Shown: piece by piece, positions 30,412 to 40,014 of the stretch
Numbering within the stretch: position 1 is the stretch's first letter
Layout: each line of letters starts with the position of its first letter
From: Nitrospirae bacterium UBA2233
Lineage (GTDB): Bacteria > UBA2233
Direction: 5' to 3'
Length of the DNA stretch: 64,000 nucleotides
NCBI GenBank assembly: GCA_002347965.1
Contig: DDYN01000031.1
Coordinates: 20,177-84,176, forward strand
Translations under genes and position numbers: made by a program
Notes under the pieces: generated by a model
Told to the model about the DNA's origin: nothing
Database searches by the model: none
Seen by the model: only the letters and a program-made list of their open reading frames with translations

Positions 30412-30837
30412 AACAGCCCCCCCGTTCTCGGACATCCCCCTGTACGCCGCATCCAACAGGCCGTTCACGAACGCGGGAGATTGCTCAGCACCAAACACCT
30501 TGGCAAGCTCGATCGCCTCGTCAATCGCCACCTTGGGAGGCGTTTTGGTGCGCTCCGGATAGGTCAGCTCGAACAGGGCCAGCCTAAGAATACACAGGTC
30601 GACCAGGCCGATCCGGTGTAGCGGCCAGTTGCGGGAAATTCCCCCGATCGTACAGTCGAGGGCCTGCTTGTTGTCGATGGTACCATGGACCAAAAGCTCG
30701 AAAAACGGGTCTTCGTCTTCTTTCGGGAAAAAGGCCTTCAGGGTACGCTCAACGAACCCCCCCAAGTCGGCCTCCTTCGCGACCGTCAGCCCGTAAAGCA
30801 GCTGGAAGGCCTGAATGCGGGCTTTGTGCCTTGTCAC
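30382..30837 (-). CDS. nusB: Transcription antitermination factor NusB
   Basis: RHKAR, NWPLHRI, VAIDEAIELAK and FVNGLLD. Confidence 0.96.
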   Translation of the reverse strand: MTRHKARIQAFQLLYGLTVAKEADLGGFVERTLKAFFPKEDEDPFFELLVHGTIDNKQALDCTIGGISRNWPLHRIGLVDLCILRLALFELTYPERTKTPPKVAIDEAIELAKVFGAEQSPAFVNGLLDAAYRGMSENGGAVSAPVDTPCP

Positions 30838-31323
30838 CTAAGCCAAGCCATCCTTGAGGTGTTTTTTAAGCGTTGCCATTTCTACGGCGGCAAGCGCCGC
30901 TTGGTACCCCTTGTTCCCATGCTTAGAGCCGGAGCGCTCGATGGCCTGTTCGAGCGAGTCTGCCGTAACGATGCCGAACGCTACTGGAAGCCGAAATTCG
31001 CGCATCACCTGACCAATGCCCCGGGTCACCTCGGCGCTGATATACTCAAAATGTGGCGTTGCACCGCGAACAAGCACTCCAAGCGCGATAATGGCATCGA
31101 ACCTGCCGGTCTGAGCAAGCTCTCTAACATAAAGCGGGACTTCATAGCTGCCTGGCACCTTCACCACGACAACGTCTTCCTTACTGACTCGGCACTGCCT
31201 TAAGGCCTCGAGGGCACCTTCGAGCAGGCGAAGCGAGAACAGCTCGTTGAACCTGGAGGCCACGAGCCCGAATTTTAGGCCTTCCCCGCTAAGATGGCCT
31301 TCAAACGTCTTTACCGTCTCCAT
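30838..31323 (-). CDS. ribH: 6,7-dimethyl-8-ribityllumazine synthase
   Basis: [28 protein letters not shown] and NKG. Confidence 0.97.
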   Translation of the reverse strand: METVKTFEGHLSGEGLKFGLVASRFNELFSLRLLEGALEALRQCRVSKEDVVVVKVPGSYEVPLYVRELAQTGRFDAIIALGVLVRGATPHFEYISAEVTRGIGQVMREFRLPVAFGIVTADSLEQAIERSGSKHGNKGYQAALAAVEMATLKKHLKDGLA

Positions 31324-32551
31324 TGACTTCTCCTACGCCGCATTGCTGAAAATGAGAAAGGAGGTGGCCTAATTTCTCGGACTTTGTCTTCAGGTAAAAA
31401 TAATTCTTCTCGTTTGGAGGGATTTCGATGGGCACGCGCTCGACAATATCAATCCCGTAACCCTTCAAGCTGACCACTTTTTTGGGGTTGTTCGTAAGGA
31501 GCCGAATGTTTCGTACCCCCAACTCCACCAAAATCTGGGCGCCGGTCCCGTAATCTCTCAGATCAGGCTTAAACCCAAGCCTTTCGTTCGCCTCGACCGT
31601 ATCCAGCCCCTCATCTTGGAGGGCATAGGCATGAATTTTATTTTTGAGCCCGATCCCCCTGCCCTCCTGGCGCATGTACACAAGAATGCCCTTGCCTTCT
31701 TTGCCGATCAAGTAAAGCGAAACGGCAAGCTGTTCCCCACAGTCGCACCGAAGCGACCCGAACACGTCACCAGTCAAGCACTCGGAGTGCATCCGCACAA
31801 GGACGGCGTCATCCGGACCGACGTCTCCTTTGACCAGCGCCACATGCTGCTTTTTGTCGATCTTGCTCTCGAACAAAAGAATTGAGCACTCTCCCGCTAG
31901 CCTTACCGGGAGCGTCGCCCTGGCTACCTCCTTTACAAGCCGCTCTCTTCTGATCCTGTAGGCAATCAAATCGGCGACCGTCAGGATCTTCAACCCATGA
32001 GTCTTTGCAAACGCTATCAGCTGAGGCATACGAGCCATCGTACCGTCCTCGTTCATGATCTCGCAGATCACGCCGTAAGGCTTGAGACCTGCAAGCCTGG
32101 CCAAATCGACTGACCCCTCTGTTTGCCCGGCTCGCACGAGGACTCCGCCGTTCTTGGCCCTTAAGGGAAAAATATGGCCTGGTACGGTGAAATCCGAAAG
32201 TACCGCATCGTCTTGAGTTGCCTTCAGGATGGTGATAGCCCTGTCAAAGGCGGATATGCCTGTCGTTACGTCTTTTTTGGCATCGATCGAAACCGTGAAA
32301 GCCGTCTGGTGGGGGGATGTGTTTTCGGGGACCATCATAGGAAGGCCAAGCGAGGCAACTTTTTCTTCCGTGAGCGTCAAACAGATCAACCCTTTGCCAT
32401 GCGTGGCCATAAAGTTGACGGCCTCGGGGGTAACCATTTGGGCTGCCATGAACAAATCACCCTCGTTCTCCCTATCTTCATCGTCCACCAGGATCAGCAT
32501 CCTGCCGGCTTGGATCTCTTCCAAGGCCTCTTCAACGGTCGCAAACGACAT
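31301..32551 (-). CDS. ribBA: Bifunctional DHBP synthase / GTP cyclohydrolase II
   Basis: [34 protein letters not shown] and LLTNNP. Confidence 0.97.
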   Translation of the reverse strand: MSFATVEEALEEIQAGRMLILVDDEDRENEGDLFMAAQMVTPEAVNFMATHGKGLICLTLTEEKVASLGLPMMVPENTSPHQTAFTVSIDAKKDVTTGISAFDRAITILKATQDDAVLSDFTVPGHIFPLRAKNGGVLVRAGQTEGSVDLARLAGLKPYGVICEIMNEDGTMARMPQLIAFAKTHGLKILTVADLIAYRIRRERLVKEVARATLPVRLAGECSILLFESKIDKKQHVALVKGDVGPDDAVLVRMHSECLTGDVFGSLRCDCGEQLAVSLYLIGKEGKGILVYMRQEGRGIGLKNKIHAYALQDEGLDTVEANERLGFKPDLRDYGTGAQILVELGVRNIRLLTNNPKKVVSLKGYGIDIVERVPIEIPPNEKNYFYLKTKSEKLGHLLSHFQQCGVGEVNGDGKDV

Positions 32552-32561
32552 GCATGCCTCC

Positions 32562-33209
32562 TTAAAAAAAACCGTGCTCTTGGAGCAGGTCCAAGCTGAT
32601 CGTTTCTTTTACGGCCACTTTTCCACGTTTGGCGCCCAAGAGCCTTTCTACGTACTTGGCCAAAACATCTACCTCCAGGTTGACCGACTCTCCAGCCTTG
32701 ACATATTGAAGCGTCGTGTGCTCACGCGTCAAGGGAAGGACCGCAACGGCGAAGCATTCTTCGTTCGTACCTAGCTCGGCTACCGTAAGCGAAACGCCAT
32801 CGACGGCGATGGAGCCTTTCTCGGCGATGTAGGCCATGAGCCGCTTGGGCGGCTCTACCCACACGAGCATCTGGTTGGGCCCTGCCGCCAGGTTCATCGC
32901 TCTTCCAACGCCGTCGACATGCCCCTGGACGATGTGCCCGCCGAGCCTCCCGCCGAGCCGAAGCGCTCTTTCTAAGTTAACCAACGCCCCTGGCCGCTTT
33001 CTTTGGAGCGTCGAACGCACGAGCGTTTCCTTCGAAACTTCGGCCCGAAACCATTCTTTGCTCCGTGCGATTACGCTCAAACAAACGCCGTCCACGCTGA
33101 CACTCTCGCCAATATCGAGCTCTAAGGACTTCGCGGTAAACCCGATCTCGAGAAACCCAGCCCCCGCGGCCCTTACGACGCCCAGAGTTTCGATCAACCC
33201 TGTGAACAC
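32562..33209 (-). CDS. ribE: Riboflavin synthase (alpha chain)
   Basis: [23 protein letters not shown] and [12 protein letters not shown]. Confidence 0.97.
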   Translation of the reverse strand: MFTGLIETLGVVRAAGAGFLEIGFTAKSLELDIGESVSVDGVCLSVIARSKEWFRAEVSKETLVRSTLQRKRPGALVNLERALRLGGRLGGHIVQGHVDGVGRAMNLAAGPNQMLVWVEPPKRLMAYIAEKGSIAVDGVSLTVAELGTNEECFAVAVLPLTREHTTLQYVKAGESVNLEVDVLAKYVERLLGAKRGKVAVKETISLDLLQEHGFF

Positions 33210-34363
33210 GGGGGGTTTGCCTTTTTGAGGACAATAAGGATATCCGGCCCGTTGCGCCGGATACCGGCTAACTCCAAGGATAGCGCGTCTTCGATGGAAC
33301 GAACTCCGGTTTCTTGAATAAACGGCACGCCGTGCATTCCGATAAGTTTGGGTGCCATGTTTAGGTATAGCGTATCATAGCGCCCCGAAAGGATGAAGGA
33401 GGTCAATACTCGAGACCCCCCCTCGACCAGTATGTTCACAACCTCCTTCGACCCAAGAACCCTAAGGACATCCCCTAAGTCAACGCCGCCCACGGCGGAA
33501 TTTCCAGCGGCGACAAATACACTCACCCCCCTAGCAAGAAGCGCTTCCTTGCGGGCGGAATCGTGCTCGGAAGAGCAGAAGACCCACGTCTTGGAAGCGT
33601 CCTCATCCGCCACAATGGAGGCGTCCAAGGGCACCCGGAGGTGCGAATCCAGGAGGACGCGGATAGGCTTTTTTCGAACCCTGCCTAGGGCATCCCGGGC
33701 TGTAAGCCTCGGGTTGTCGGCAATGACCGTTTCCACGCCGACTAGGATCGCGTCCGCTCGAAGGCGGAGTTCGTGGGCGAAAGAAAGGCCGTGCTTCGAG
33801 CTTATCCACTTGGAGCTTCCGTCCGGGGCGGCAATTTTACCGTCCAGCGAAACGGCCGCCTTGAGCACAACGCGGGGCAACCGTGTGCGGACCCACTGGA
33901 AATAGTCCTCGTTGACCTGAAAACAGGAGCGGCTGAGCACGCCGAGCGAAACATCGAGGCCTGCACGGCTCAAACGCTCCACGCCCTTGCCGGATACGAG
34001 CGGGTTTGGGTCGAGCGTCCCGATGACAACCCTACGAATTGGAGGAGAGTGCTTTAGGATGATTTCCGTGCAGGGGGCCGTCTTCCCGAAATGGTTGCAG
34101 GGTTCTAGCGTACAGTAAAGCGTAAGGACTTGGCATTTGTCAAAAGAAGCTCCCAAACGCCTCTTGGCATCCTCGATCGCCTCAACCTCGGCGTGGGCTT
34201 TGCCAAAGGCCTTGTGATAGCCCTGACCAACAAGCTCATCTCGACAGACAAGCACGCACCCGACATAAGGGTTGGGGTGAGTTTTGCCCAGGCCCTTCGT
34301 TGCAAGCCGAAGGGCCTTGCGCATCCAAGAGGCATCCTTGTTTGCATCCGAAACAACGCTCAT
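33194..34363 (-). CDS. ribD: Diaminohydroxyphosphoribosylaminopyrimidine deaminase/reductase
   Basis: PNPYVG, HAE, LEPCNH...PC, SLDGKIA and VEGG. Confidence 0.97.
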   Translation of the reverse strand: MSVVSDANKDASWMRKALRLATKGLGKTHPNPYVGCVLVCRDELVGQGYHKAFGKAHAEVEAIEDAKRRLGASFDKCQVLTLYCTLEPCNHFGKTAPCTEIILKHSPPIRRVVIGTLDPNPLVSGKGVERLSRAGLDVSLGVLSRSCFQVNEDYFQWVRTRLPRVVLKAAVSLDGKIAAPDGSSKWISSKHGLSFAHELRLRADAILVGVETVIADNPRLTARDALGRVRKKPIRVLLDSHLRVPLDASIVADEDASKTWVFCSSEHDSARKEALLARGVSVFVAAGNSAVGGVDLGDVLRVLGSKEVVNILVEGGSRVLTSFILSGRYDTLYLNMAPKLIGMHGVPFIQETGVRSIEDALSLELAGIRRNGPDILIVLKKANPPCSQG

Positions 34364-34378
34364 AAGTTGCCCGCGCGG

Positions 34379-35608
34379 CTAGGCGTAGAGAGGAAACGCC
34401 TCACAAAGCTCTAGAACACGGTGCTGTACGCGCAATTTCACGCTTTCGTCGTCCTTTTGCTTGAAGACATCGGCGATCAGACGTCCGACTTCTTCGGACT
34501 CCTGGCCGGTAAACCCGCGGGTTGTGATCGCAGGGGTTCCTATCCGGATACCGCTCGTCACTCCGGGAGGTAAAGGATCAAACGGGATGACATTCTTGTT
34601 CGTCGTAATGCCCACCTGCTCCAGCAAGCTCTCGGCCTGCTTGCCCGTAAGGCCAACGGAGCGGACGTCCAAAAGGAGCATATGCGTGTCCGTTCCGCCG
34701 CTCACGAGCCTAATTCCAGCTGCTTCGAAAGCCCTGCTCATCGCGCGGGCGTTCTCAACCACCCGTCGTTGGTAGGCTCGGAATTCCTCCGTGGAAGCCT
34801 CTTGAAACGCAACGGCCTTTGCCGCGACGACGTTCATCAGCGGGCCGCCCTGTATTCCTGGAAACACGGCCTTGTCGATGCTTTGGGCATGCTGCTGCCT
34901 GGTGAGGACAACCCCGCCTCTCGGGCCCCTTAACGTTTTATGCGTGGTAAAGGTTACATACTCACAGAATGGGACGGGGTTTGGAAACAGCCCAGCCACG
35001 ATAAGCCCCGCATAATGGGCCACGTCCGCCATGAGCTTGGCCCCGACCTCGTCCGCAATCTCACGGAAAGGTTCGAATGGGATCGTTCTTGGATAGCTCG
35101 ACGCTCCGACAACGATAAGCTTCGGCCGAACCTTCATGGCCTGGAGACGTACTCGGTCAAAGTCGATCCGCTCGGTTTTTTCATCCACCCCGTAGGAATG
35201 GACATCGTAAAGGATACCGGAAAAATTTACAGGGCTTCCGTGGCTTAAATGCCCGCCATGCTTCAAGTCCATGGCCAAGATGGCATCGCCCGGCTTGAGG
35301 CAGGAGAACAAAACGGCCATGTTCGCCTGCGTTCCAGAATGGGGCTGAACGTTGGCATGCTCCGCCCCAAAAAGACGTTTAACCCTGTCGATCGCCAAGG
35401 TTTCCGCCCGGTCCATGTACAGGCAGCCGCCGTAGTAGCGCTTGCCAGGGTAGCCTTCGGCGTATTTATTCGTCATCACGCTGCCAAGCGCCTCGAGGAC
35501 CTCCTTTGAGGTAAAATTCTCCGAAGCGATGAGCTCCAGCCCCTCTCTTTGGCGTTCCGTCTCATGCTGAATAACGGCGGCAATTTCAGGGTCAATCTCT
35601 CTTAACAT
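34379..35608 (-). CDS. glyA: Serine hydroxymethyltransferase
   Basis: LIASEN, YAEGYPG, GGHLSHG and [12 protein letters not shown]. Confidence 0.98.
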   Translation of the reverse strand: MLREIDPEIAAVIQHETERQREGLELIASENFTSKEVLEALGSVMTNKYAEGYPGKRYYGGCLYMDRAETLAIDRVKRLFGAEHANVQPHSGTQANMAVLFSCLKPGDAILAMDLKHGGHLSHGSPVNFSGILYDVHSYGVDEKTERIDFDRVRLQAMKVRPKLIVVGASSYPRTIPFEPFREIADEVGAKLMADVAHYAGLIVAGLFPNPVPFCEYVTFTTHKTLRGPRGGVVLTRQQHAQSIDKAVFPGIQGGPLMNVVAAKAVAFQEASTEEFRAYQRRVVENARAMSRAFEAAGIRLVSGGTDTHMLLLDVRSVGLTGKQAESLLEQVGITTNKNVIPFDPLPPGVTSGIRIGTPAITTRGFTGQESEEVGRLIADVFKQKDDESVKLRVQHRVLELCEAFPLYA

Positions 35609-36081
35609 CGCTCTTGGCCTATATCGCCTATATCGTCCATCATACGAACGCGCCTCAAGTGTCTTCCTCCATCAAACGGCGTGACCATCCAAGCCTTCAT
35701 CACTTCCAACGCCGTCTTTGTATCGAGGAACGCGGCGGGGAGGACGAGCACGTTGGCATCGTTGTGAGCCCTGGATAACTTGGCAACCTCCTCGCTCCAG
35801 GCAAGCGCCGCCCGGACCCCCCGCAAACGATTGGCCATAATACTCATCCCCACGCCCGACCCACACAAGAGCACGCCACGAAAATGGGACGAGATGGCCA
35901 CCTTCCGGGCCAGACGCAGGGCAATCAGCGGATAATCCACGCTTTCTTCGTCAAAGCTCCCAACATCCTCAACATCGAGGCCACTCTCTGCAAGGTACCC
36001 TACAACGACCCGCTTCAGAGAAAAGCCTCTATGGTCCGCACCCACGAACCAGCGGGAAACCTCCGGATGCCCTTGGCTCAT
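35602..36081 (-). CDS. rpiB: Ribose-5-phosphate isomerase B
   Basis: ADHRG, DYP, CGSGVG, HNDAN and GRH..R. Confidence 0.95.
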   Translation of the reverse strand: MSQGHPEVSRWFVGADHRGFSLKRVVVGYLAESGLDVEDVGSFDEESVDYPLIALRLARKVAISSHFRGVLLCGSGVGMSIMANRLRGVRAALAWSEEVAKLSRAHNDANVLVLPAAFLDTKTALEVMKAWMVTPFDGGRHLRRVRMMDDIGDIGQERC

Positions 36082-36314
36082 GCCTTGACGCGCTGCTTGA
36101 TGTAGTCGATCGTGTCTTGAACGGTACGGATTTTTTCGAGCTCATCGTCCGAAATCTCGATGTCAAACTCTTCTTCCAGCGCCATGACGAGCTCCACGAC
36201 ATCGAGCGAGTCGGCCCCTAGGTCGTCCACGTAAGAGGACTCGTTGGCTACCTCCTCTAAGCTCAGGCCTAGCTGTTCGGCAATGATCTCTTTGACCCTC
36301 TTTTCGATGTCCAT
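36078..36314 (-). CDS. acpP: Acyl carrier protein
   Basis: [21 protein letters not shown]. Confidence 0.98.
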   Translation of the reverse strand: MDIEKRVKEIIAEQLGLSLEEVANESSYVDDLGADSLDVVELVMALEEEFDIEISDDELEKIRTVQDTIDYIKQRVKA

Positions 36315-36340
36315 TCACGTTCTCCTTTTGAGTGGTTCAC

Positions 36341-37366
36341 TTAATTCCCGTCGTAAAGTGTAGAGAGTTTTTTCAAGAGCTCTTTGGTTTCCATGCCTTC
36401 GATGATTCGCTTTCCTACCTCTTTTTCGTTGCACTCTTTTGCCCTTCGAAGCGCATTCAGGATTGCCCTTGCCGAGGAGCGCCCGTGTGCAACCAGGACA
36501 ACCTCGTCAATCCCCAAGAGCGGGGCCCCCCCGTAAGCTTCGTAATCGTAGGCCTTCAGGAAGGAAGAGAGTGGACGCTTGATTAACGCGCCTCCCAAGC
36601 GCGAAAGAATACTCTTCCCAACCACCGAACGAAGGCCGCTCGAGAGGACTTCGTACACGCCCTCCATACTCTTAAGCGCAATATTCCCGTAAAACCCGTC
36701 GGCAACCACAACGTTCGCAACGCCCTTGAGAAGGTCCCTTCCCTCTACGTTCCCGATGAAGTTAAGGCCGGATATCCTAAGGAGCTTGTTCGCCCGTTTG
36801 GTCAGCTCGTTTCCCTTGTCATGCTCCTCCCCGCAGGAGAGCACGGCTACAGAAGGGTTTTCGAGCCCATGGATTGTTTTTGCGTACACTTCCCCCATGA
36901 ACGCAAACTGCACGAGATGGTAAGGCTTGCAATCTACGTTCGCCCCGGCATCGATCAATAAGGCGGGCTGGTCTCCGGACGGAAGCGGGATGGCGATGGC
37001 CGGCCGATCTACCGTCTTTAGGCGGCCGAGCGTAAAAAACGCGCTGGCCATGACCGCCCCGGAATTCCCCGCGCTGACGAAGGCGCCTATTTTTCCGTCC
37101 CGAAGGAGCTCCATCCCGACGGCAATCGTGGAAGATCGCTTCTTTCGAAGGGCATGCGATGGGGATTCACCCATCCCAACGACCTCGGGAGCGTGGACAA
37201 CCTCAATTTCCCGCGCGGTTGGGCTGTGCCTCCGGAGTTCATCCCTCAGAACCTCTTTAGGGCCGACCAGAACCACGTCGAGCCCTTCTTGGAGCGCGGC
37301 GAGCGCGGCGCCGATGCATACACCGGGAGAGTGATCCCCTCCCATCGCATCGAGGCCGATCTTCAC
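36341..37366 (-). CDS. plsX: Phosphate acyltransferase PlsX
   Basis: LDAMGGDH, SAGNSGA, DAGANVD, GNVEG, GGAPLLG and AHGRS. Confidence 0.97.
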   Translation of the reverse strand: MKIGLDAMGGDHSPGVCIGAALAALQEGLDVVLVGPKEVLRDELRRHSPTAREIEVVHAPEVVGMGESPSHALRKKRSSTIAVGMELLRDGKIGAFVSAGNSGAVMASAFFTLGRLKTVDRPAIAIPLPSGDQPALLIDAGANVDCKPYHLVQFAFMGEVYAKTIHGLENPSVAVLSCGEEHDKGNELTKRANKLLRISGLNFIGNVEGRDLLKGVANVVVADGFYGNIALKSMEGVYEVLSSGLRSVVGKSILSRLGGALIKRPLSSFLKAYDYEAYGGAPLLGIDEVVLVAHGRSSARAILNALRRAKECNEKEVGKRIIEGMETKELLKKLSTLYDGN

Positions 37367-37382
37367 GCAACCCTCTTCATGG

Positions 37383-37574
37383 CTAAGAGGCCGCCTCCGC
37401 CTTCTTCTTTAAAACAACGCGCCCCTTGTAGGTTCCGCACGAAGGACATACGCAGTGAGGCTGCTTCGGTTCGCGACATTTGGGGCATCGCGAGAGCGTC
37501 GGAGGAACCACTCGAAAGTGTGAACGGCTTTTGTCTCTTCTTGCGCGGGAGTGCCTGTACTTTGGTTGTGCCAT
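37383..37574 (-). CDS. rpmF: 50S ribosomal protein L32 (Zn-binding form)
   Basis: MAQPK..S..RRD, CPKC...PHCVCPSCG.YKG. Confidence 0.96.
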   Translation of the reverse strand: MAQPKYRHSRARRDKSRSHFRVVPPTLSRCPKCREPKQPHCVCPSCGTYKGRVVLKKKAEAAS

Positions 37575-37589
37575 AAATAACCTTCTTTG

Positions 37590-38159
37590 CTACGTTGTTG
37601 GCTCGTTTCGTTGCTTGGTCTGAACAATCAAGTCGCGTAGGCTTAAGGCCGCCCCTTCATTGGAACACGAACACGAAGAGAGGTTGAGATTGACCCCGCA
37701 ATTTGGGCACAGGCCGCGACACCCTTCACGGCAGACCGGGTTGATCGGCATCTCCAAAAAAACGGGTTCCATAAGAAAAGGAAACAAGTCGATGGAATGC
37801 CCTTGGTAGGTCGCCACAACGTCCCCCTCATCCTTAGGGTCGAGGGCCGGTAGCTCCCCTTGCGGGATGAAGGTAAGGTCGATTTCGCGTGCAACCGCAA
37901 AGGCAAACCTCTCCGCGCATCGCGAACATACATCCGAAAGGCTTGCATGGTTGACCCCATGGATATGGACCCATTCTTGGTCGTTCTTTTCGAGATCGAG
38001 CGCGAACGAAAGCCCTTCTACTTTGAGAAACGCCATCCCTTTGAGCGTCTTAACGGCCTCCATCAAAGGAGCCTCACGCTCGCGCGAGTCATAACGGACG
38101 GCGCTCTGGCCGGCTGGGATGCCCTGCACGTTTAAGGTAAACCCCTTGAGCATTTCCAT
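37590..38159 (-). CDS. yceD: DUF177/YceD family protein
   Basis: CSRC and P..PVC..GC.GLCPNCG.NLN; upstream of rpmF. Confidence 0.92.
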   Translation of the reverse strand: MEMLKGFTLNVQGIPAGQSAVRYDSREREAPLMEAVKTLKGMAFLKVEGLSFALDLEKNDQEWVHIHGVNHASLSDVCSRCAERFAFAVAREIDLTFIPQGELPALDPKDEGDVVATYQGHSIDLFPFLMEPVFLEMPINPVCREGCRGLCPNCGVNLNLSSCSCSNEGAALSLRDLIVQTKQRNEPTT

Positions 38160-38195
38160 GGCAAAGGCCTTTTTCGCCCGAGAAAGAGCGCTTTT

Positions 38196-38223
38196 ATTAT
38201 AATTGCCATACTTCTATTGTCAA
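38196..38223 (-). promoter_or_regulatory. Consensus sigma70 promoter of the yceD-to-nusB operon
   Basis: TTGACA (38223-38218), 16 nt, TATAAT (38201-38196). Confidence 0.8.
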
Positions 38224-38238
38224 GCAAGCCATCATCGC

Positions 38239-38267
38239 TTGCAGCGAGAGTTGTTTTCGCCTACACT
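38239..38267 (+). promoter_or_regulatory. Divergent sigma70 promoter of rpsT
   Basis: TTGCAG, 17 nt, TACACT. Confidence 0.55.
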
Positions 38268-38348
38268 TAAAAAACGAAGTCCCGCCGGCACTGGTGAGGC
38301 CTGATATTTTCACTATACACGAGAACTGACCCGGAGGAAAGAAACACC

Positions 38349-38630
38349 ATGGCACAGCACAAAAGTGCGATCAAGCGCTACAAGCAAAGCTTGCGGAACA
38401 GGGCGGCAAACAGGACGTACAAGGCTACCATAAAGACGGCCGCCAAGAAGGCTATAGGCTTAGCCACGGCAGAAGGAAAAACGGAGCAGAGCCTTGAGGC
38501 CATGAAGACGGCTGTTTCCTTGATCGCCAAGGCTGCCCAAAGGGGTATAATGCATCGCAACACCTCGAGGCGAAAAATCTCCAAGCTCATGCGTACGACG
38601 AATGGAACAAAGCAGGCCTCGGCCTCTTAA
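38349..38630 (+). CDS. rpsT: 30S ribosomal protein S20
   Basis: MAQHKSAIKR, N...K, and G.MHRNTSRRKISKL. Confidence 0.97.
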   Translation: MAQHKSAIKRYKQSLRNRAANRTYKATIKTAAKKAIGLATAEGKTEQSLEAMKTAVSLIAKAAQRGIMHRNTSRRKISKLMRTTNGTKQASAS

Positions 38631-39502
38631 AAAACCCGGGGCCGGGTTTTTTGAAGCAGCGTTTGTGCAAGGCTAAGCTCTACGACGAGAGCCTTAGGAA
38701 GCCTGCTTGTTTTGAGCGTGATCTCGAGCTCACCCAGGGTCTGTAAGTGCTCATTGTCGAGCGTGTTGAACTTAAGCAGGTTTTGGCGTACCCGCCAAAC
38801 AAGCGCCCCAAGGACGGAGAACGCCGAAGAGGCGTTTGAATACAGCTTGGCGGTCTCCTTGAACAGGTCAGGGTTCTTTTGCTCAAGCATGCGTAAAACC
38901 TCAAACGCATCGGCCTGGACGGACCCAGGGGGCGAAAGGGCGCCTTCTTGGCCGGTTAGGAGCATCTTTTCGAGCTCATAGCAGGCCTGGAGCGTGTCGT
39001 ATTTATAGTGCTCCCACAGGAAGCGCTTTGCCTCGGTGGAAACAGATCCGCCAAACTCCTCCAAAAGACCCTTTAAGCGCGCGCCCCAAAGTGATTTTTG
39101 CTGCCTGTCTCCATCTATTACGGTTGCAGTATCCAGTACAAAAGAAAACAGCGGGTTGTCCGGCAGAGGCTCCTCGGCTAGGAATACGACGGTTGTACGT
39201 ACAGGCAGGGCAAGGAGTGCCTTTTCCCAACGACGAACCCCTTGAGACTTCCCATCTACGGAAGGAAATTTATCGAAGGCGATCATCCGAGCGCTAGCAA
39301 ACAGTGGAGGGACCGAAAGGAGCCTTAGCAGCCCTTCGTAGCCATCATCTTGGACCGGATCGATTCGTAAAAAACCAAGCATACGGTCCTGATCGCCCGG
39401 AAGCTTCTCGGCAAGGAGCCGCTCCAGGAGCGTTCTTCGTGTTAGGTTGTCCCTGGCGACGATCAGGTAAATGGTGTTTGCATCCATGTCGCTCAAGCTC
39501 AA
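38627..39502 (-). CDS. holA: DNA polymerase III delta subunit (divergent)
   Basis: Conserved leuS-lptE-holA/rpsT synteny; IYLI, PLFASARMI, ELEKM and LKTS remnants. Confidence 0.75.
   Translation of the reverse strand: MSLSDMDANTIYLIVARDNLTRRTLLERLLAEKLPGDQDRMLGFLRIDPVQDDGYEGLLRLLSVPPLFASARMIAFDKFPSVDGKSQGVRRWEKALLALPVRTTVVFLAEEPLPDNPLFSFVLDTATVIDGDRQQKSLWGARLKGLLEEFGGSVSTEAKRFLWEHYKYDTLQACYELEKMLLTGQEGALSPPGSVQADAFEVLRMLEQKNPDLFKETAKLYSNASSAFSVLGALVWRVRQNLLKFNTLDNEHLQTLGELEITLKTSRLPKALVVELSLAQTLLQKTRPRVF
38629..38652. terminator. Symmetric intrinsic terminator-like hairpin at the rpsT/holA junction
   Basis: AAAAAACCCG-GGGC-CGGGTTTTTT immediately after the rpsT stop. Confidence 0.7.
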
Positions 39503-40014
39503 AATGGATAGAGGATCCTCTCGGAAATGTCCCTGGCCAAATCCGCTGAAACCGCCTGCATGGCCTGTTTGCGATTCTGTTCCGCCTCCAGGATGCTCGG
39601 AAGGAACAGGTATTGACCGAACCTGGTCAAGAATGGGTCCTTCCAGTACACCTCTTCAGAAGAGGCACGCCTTAGGCGAACCTCCGCGATCATCGTCAAG
39701 CGATACTCGGCCACGTTATCCTGCTTGTTGTAGGCAAACGCCCGCGTACGAACTTCTTGGACCCTACCCTCGAGGACAGCATCGGCAGAGCCCTCGTCGT
39801 AGACAAGCCGCACACCGGAAGCCCCTTGGAGCCGTTCGATAAGGGCGGCGTAAAGCCACTGTTCCACCCCGATCTCTTCCGAGCCGTTTATAAACTTTTT
39901 GACCAATACGCTCTTGTAAGGAAGGTCTGCCTGTGCGCGATACCCAACCCTGTACCCGCAAGAAAGGGCAAAAAGGGCGAGAAAGACGACGGACCATGCC
40001 CTACCGCGTAACAA
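39499..40014 (-). CDS. lptE: LPS-assembly lipoprotein LptE (start uncertain; track starts at 40068)
   Basis: Lipobox FALS-CGY, ADAVLEG and EYRL; located between leuS and holA. Confidence 0.85.
   Translation of the reverse strand: MLRGRAWSVVFLALFALSCGYRVGYRAQADLPYKSVLVKKFINGSEEIGVEQWLYAALIERLQGASGVRLVYDEGSADAVLEGRVQEVRTRAFAYNKQDNVAEYRLTMIAEVRLRRASSEEVYWKDPFLTRFGQYLFLPSILEAEQNRKQAMQAVSADLARDISERILYPF

Noticed and set aside
34364..34378. FMN riboswitch ahead of the rib genes
   Set aside because: Only 15 bp separate glyA and ribD.
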